Shown piece after piece: positions 22,243-24,000 of a stretch of DNA of 24,000 nucleotides. The stretch is from an uncultured Coriobacteriaceae bacterium (GTDB taxonomy: Bacteria; Actinomycetota; Coriobacteriia; Coriobacteriales; Atopobiaceae): assembly GCA_902801175.1 (NCBI GenBank), contig CADCHF010000011.1, forward strand, positions 25,263 through 49,262, in the 5' to 3' direction. The notes under the pieces are model-generated. The model was given only the letters and a program-made list of their open reading frames with translations, searched no databases and was not told the DNA's origin. The stretch's first letter is position 1. Each line of letters opens with the position of its first letter. The position numbers were made by a program, and so were the translations under genes.

Positions 22243-24000
22243 GCACCGTCACCCGTCGCATCCGCATGTACGGCATTGTGCAGGGCGTGGGCTTTCGCCC
22301 AACGGTAGACCGCCACGCAACGGCGACCGGCATTGCGGGCACCGTGTGCAACAAGGGTCCCTACGTTGAGATCTTTGCCCAGGGCACGCAGGAGCAGATT
22401 GACCGCTTTGTGGAGCTCATGCACACCCGTCCGCCCAAGCGCGCGACCATCGTGCGGATGGACGTCAAGCCAGTGGACGACGCACCGCAATACGAGGGCT
22501 TTTCCATCGTGGAGAGCGAGCGCACCCGCGGCGAGATCTTCATCTCGCCCGACCTCGCCATCTGCGACGACTGCCAACGCGAGCTCTTTGACCCCACCGA
22601 CCGTCGCTACCTGCACCCCTTCATCAACTGCACCAACTGCGGGCCGCGCATGACCATCCTCAACGCGCTGCCCTACGATCGCGTGCGCACGAGCATGCGG
22701 GTCTTTCCCATGTGCCCCACCTGCGCCGAGGAGTATCACAACCCGGCGAGCCGCAGGTACGATGCCCAGCCGGTCTGTTGCAACGACTGTGGGCCCGAGG
22801 TCTACCTGCTCGACAGGCCCGAGCGTGGGCGTGCGGCCATCTCTGAGGCGCGACGCATCCTGAGCGAGGGTGGCACCGTGGCCGTAAAGGGCATTGGCGG
22901 CTTCCACCTGGCCTGCGACGCCACCAACCCTGCGGCGGTGGAGCTGCTGCGCGAGCGCAAGCGCCGCTCGGCCAAGCCCTTTGCCATCATGGCGCGCGAC
23001 CTTGCCACCGCCGAGCGCGAGTGCGAGGTCTCTCCCGCAGCGAGGGAGCTGCTCTGCGGCCACCAAAAGCCCATCCTGCTGTTGCCAAAGCGCGAAGACG
23101 GGATATGCTGCGAGGCCGTGGCCCCGCACAACCCAAAGCTGGGTGTCATGCTCCCCTACGCGCCGTTGCAGCTGTTGCTCTTTAACTATGACGACGGCAT
23201 TGACATGCCCGACTGCCTGGTGATGACCAGCGCAAACGAGAGCGGAGCCCCCATCTGTCGCGACGACGATGACGCCCGCGGCGAGCTTGGGCCTCTTTGC
23301 GACGCCATCCTCTCCCACGACCGCGTCATCCGCATGCGTGCCGACGACACCGTGCTCGACCTCTTTGAGGAGCGTCCCTACATGGTGCGCCGCTCCCGCG
23401 GATGGGCACCGCTGCCCTTTGTGATCTCGGGCGGGCTTGGTGCGCGCGTGCTGGCCGTGGGAGGCGAGCTCAAGAACAGCTTTTGCCTGGGCTCGGGCGA
23501 TCTCATCTACCCCTCGCCCTACGTGGGCGACCTCTCGGACGTGCGCACCGTGCACGCCTGCGAGGACGCCATTGGGCTCTTCTCGACCCTCTTGGAGTTT
23601 GAGCCCGAGGTCGTTGCCTGCGACCTGCACCCGCGCTACAACGCCACACTCGTGGCCGAGGAGATTGCAGAGGAAAAGGGCCTGCCCGTTGTGCGCGTGC
23701 AGCACCACTATGCCCACGTGGCCGCCTGCATGGCCGAGAACGACGTGGAAGGCCCTGTCATTGGCATCTCGTTTGACGGGACGGGCTACGGCACCGACGG
23801 CACCATCTGGGGCGGCGAGGTGCTGCTCTCAAGCTACCACGGCTTTGAGCGCGTGGGTCACATTGCCCCGTTTGCGCAGGTGGGAGGCGACCTTTCGGCT
23901 CGCGAGGGCTGGCGGTGCGCCATGGCGCTCCTGCGCGACTGCAGCGAGAGCGACGACGAGGCAGCCAGTCGCGCGGAGGCTCTGGGACTTTGCACCGCTG
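22239..24000 (+). CDS. hypF: HypF carbamoyltransferase, N-terminal ~587 aa; the gene continues past the window end
   Basis: Absent from the ORF track because it has no stop in the window. ATG 22239 overlaps the upstream TGA as ATGA. The acylphosphatase domain is RIRMYGIVQGVGFRPTV. The two zinc-finger pairs are CDDCQREL...CTNCGPR and CPTCAEEY...CNDCGPE. The YrdC-like block is VAVKGIGGFHLACDA and the Kae1-like block is VQHHYAHVAACMAEN...GISFDGTGYGTDGTIWGGE. Confidence 0.92.
   Translation, partial: MSTVTRRIRMYGIVQGVGFRPTVDRHATATGIAGTVCNKGPYVEIFAQGTQEQIDRFVELMHTRPPKRATIVRMDVKPVDDAPQYEGFSIVESERTRGEIFISPDLAICDDCQRELFDPTDRRYLHPFINCTNCGPRMTILNALPYDRVRTSMRVFPMCPTCAEEYHNPASRRYDAQPVCCNDCGPEVYLLDRPERGRAAISEARRILSEGGTVAVKGIGGFHLACDATNPAAVELLRERKRRSAKPFAIMARDLATAERECEVSPAARELLCGHQKPILLLPKREDGICCEAVAPHNPKLGVMLPYAPLQLLLFNYDDGIDMPDCLVMTSANESGAPICRDDDDARGELGPLCDAILSHDRVIRMRADDTVLDLFEERPYMVRRSRGWAPLPFVISGGLGARVLAVGGELKNSFCLGSGDLIYPSPYVGDLSDVRTVHACEDAIGLFSTLLEFEPEVVACDLHPRYNATLVAEEIAEEKGLPVVRVQHHYAHVAACMAENDVEGPVIGISFDGTGYGTDGTIWGGEVLLSSYHGFERVGHIAPFAQVGGDLSAREGWRCAMALLRDCSESDDEAASRAEALGLCTA

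Overview
The window looks like a chromosomal segment from a high-GC anaerobic Gram-positive bacterium. GGAGG-type ribosome-binding sites, GC3-rich codons and strictly anaerobic enzyme families suggest a Coriobacteriia-like Actinomycetota member, but that taxonomic guess is inference only. I found no transposase, integrase, CRISPR array, rRNA or tRNA. Many long ORFs in the six-frame track are antisense shadows of real genes, as expected at this GC content.

Positions 1-13390 form a nucleoside uptake and catabolism neighbourhood:
- a BMP-type nucleoside ABC transporter (ATPase plus binding lipoprotein)
- deoD and deoB
- divergent psuK-psuG (pseudouridine kinase and glycosidase)
- a deoC-add operon further right

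This neighbourhood is interrupted by three elements:
- two membrane-protein genes, one carrying an in-frame TAG
- a YjjI-family glycyl radical enzyme of unknown function with its YjjW-type activase
- a roughly 200-bp repeat and long-palindrome element

Positions 13536-17619 carry a PhzF-family isomerase, a 481-aa regulator with two XRE-like HTH modules, an unlisted 47-codon hydrophobic ORF with a strong RBS and terminator, and a MalY/PatB-type C-S lyase.

The most interesting part is the right end (17794-24000). A bona fide HydE radical-SAM maturase is divergently paired with a tightly coupled operon. That operon encodes a NifH-like Fe-protein with both cluster cysteines, a 798-aa single-chain fusion of two nitrogenase component-1 (NifD/K-like) domains, and a HypF carbamoyltransferase that overlaps the fusion gene by ATGA. 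I know of no characterised system with this composition. I flag it as a candidate novel metallocofactor-assembly or nitrogenase-like reductase system, and the operon runs off the window end.
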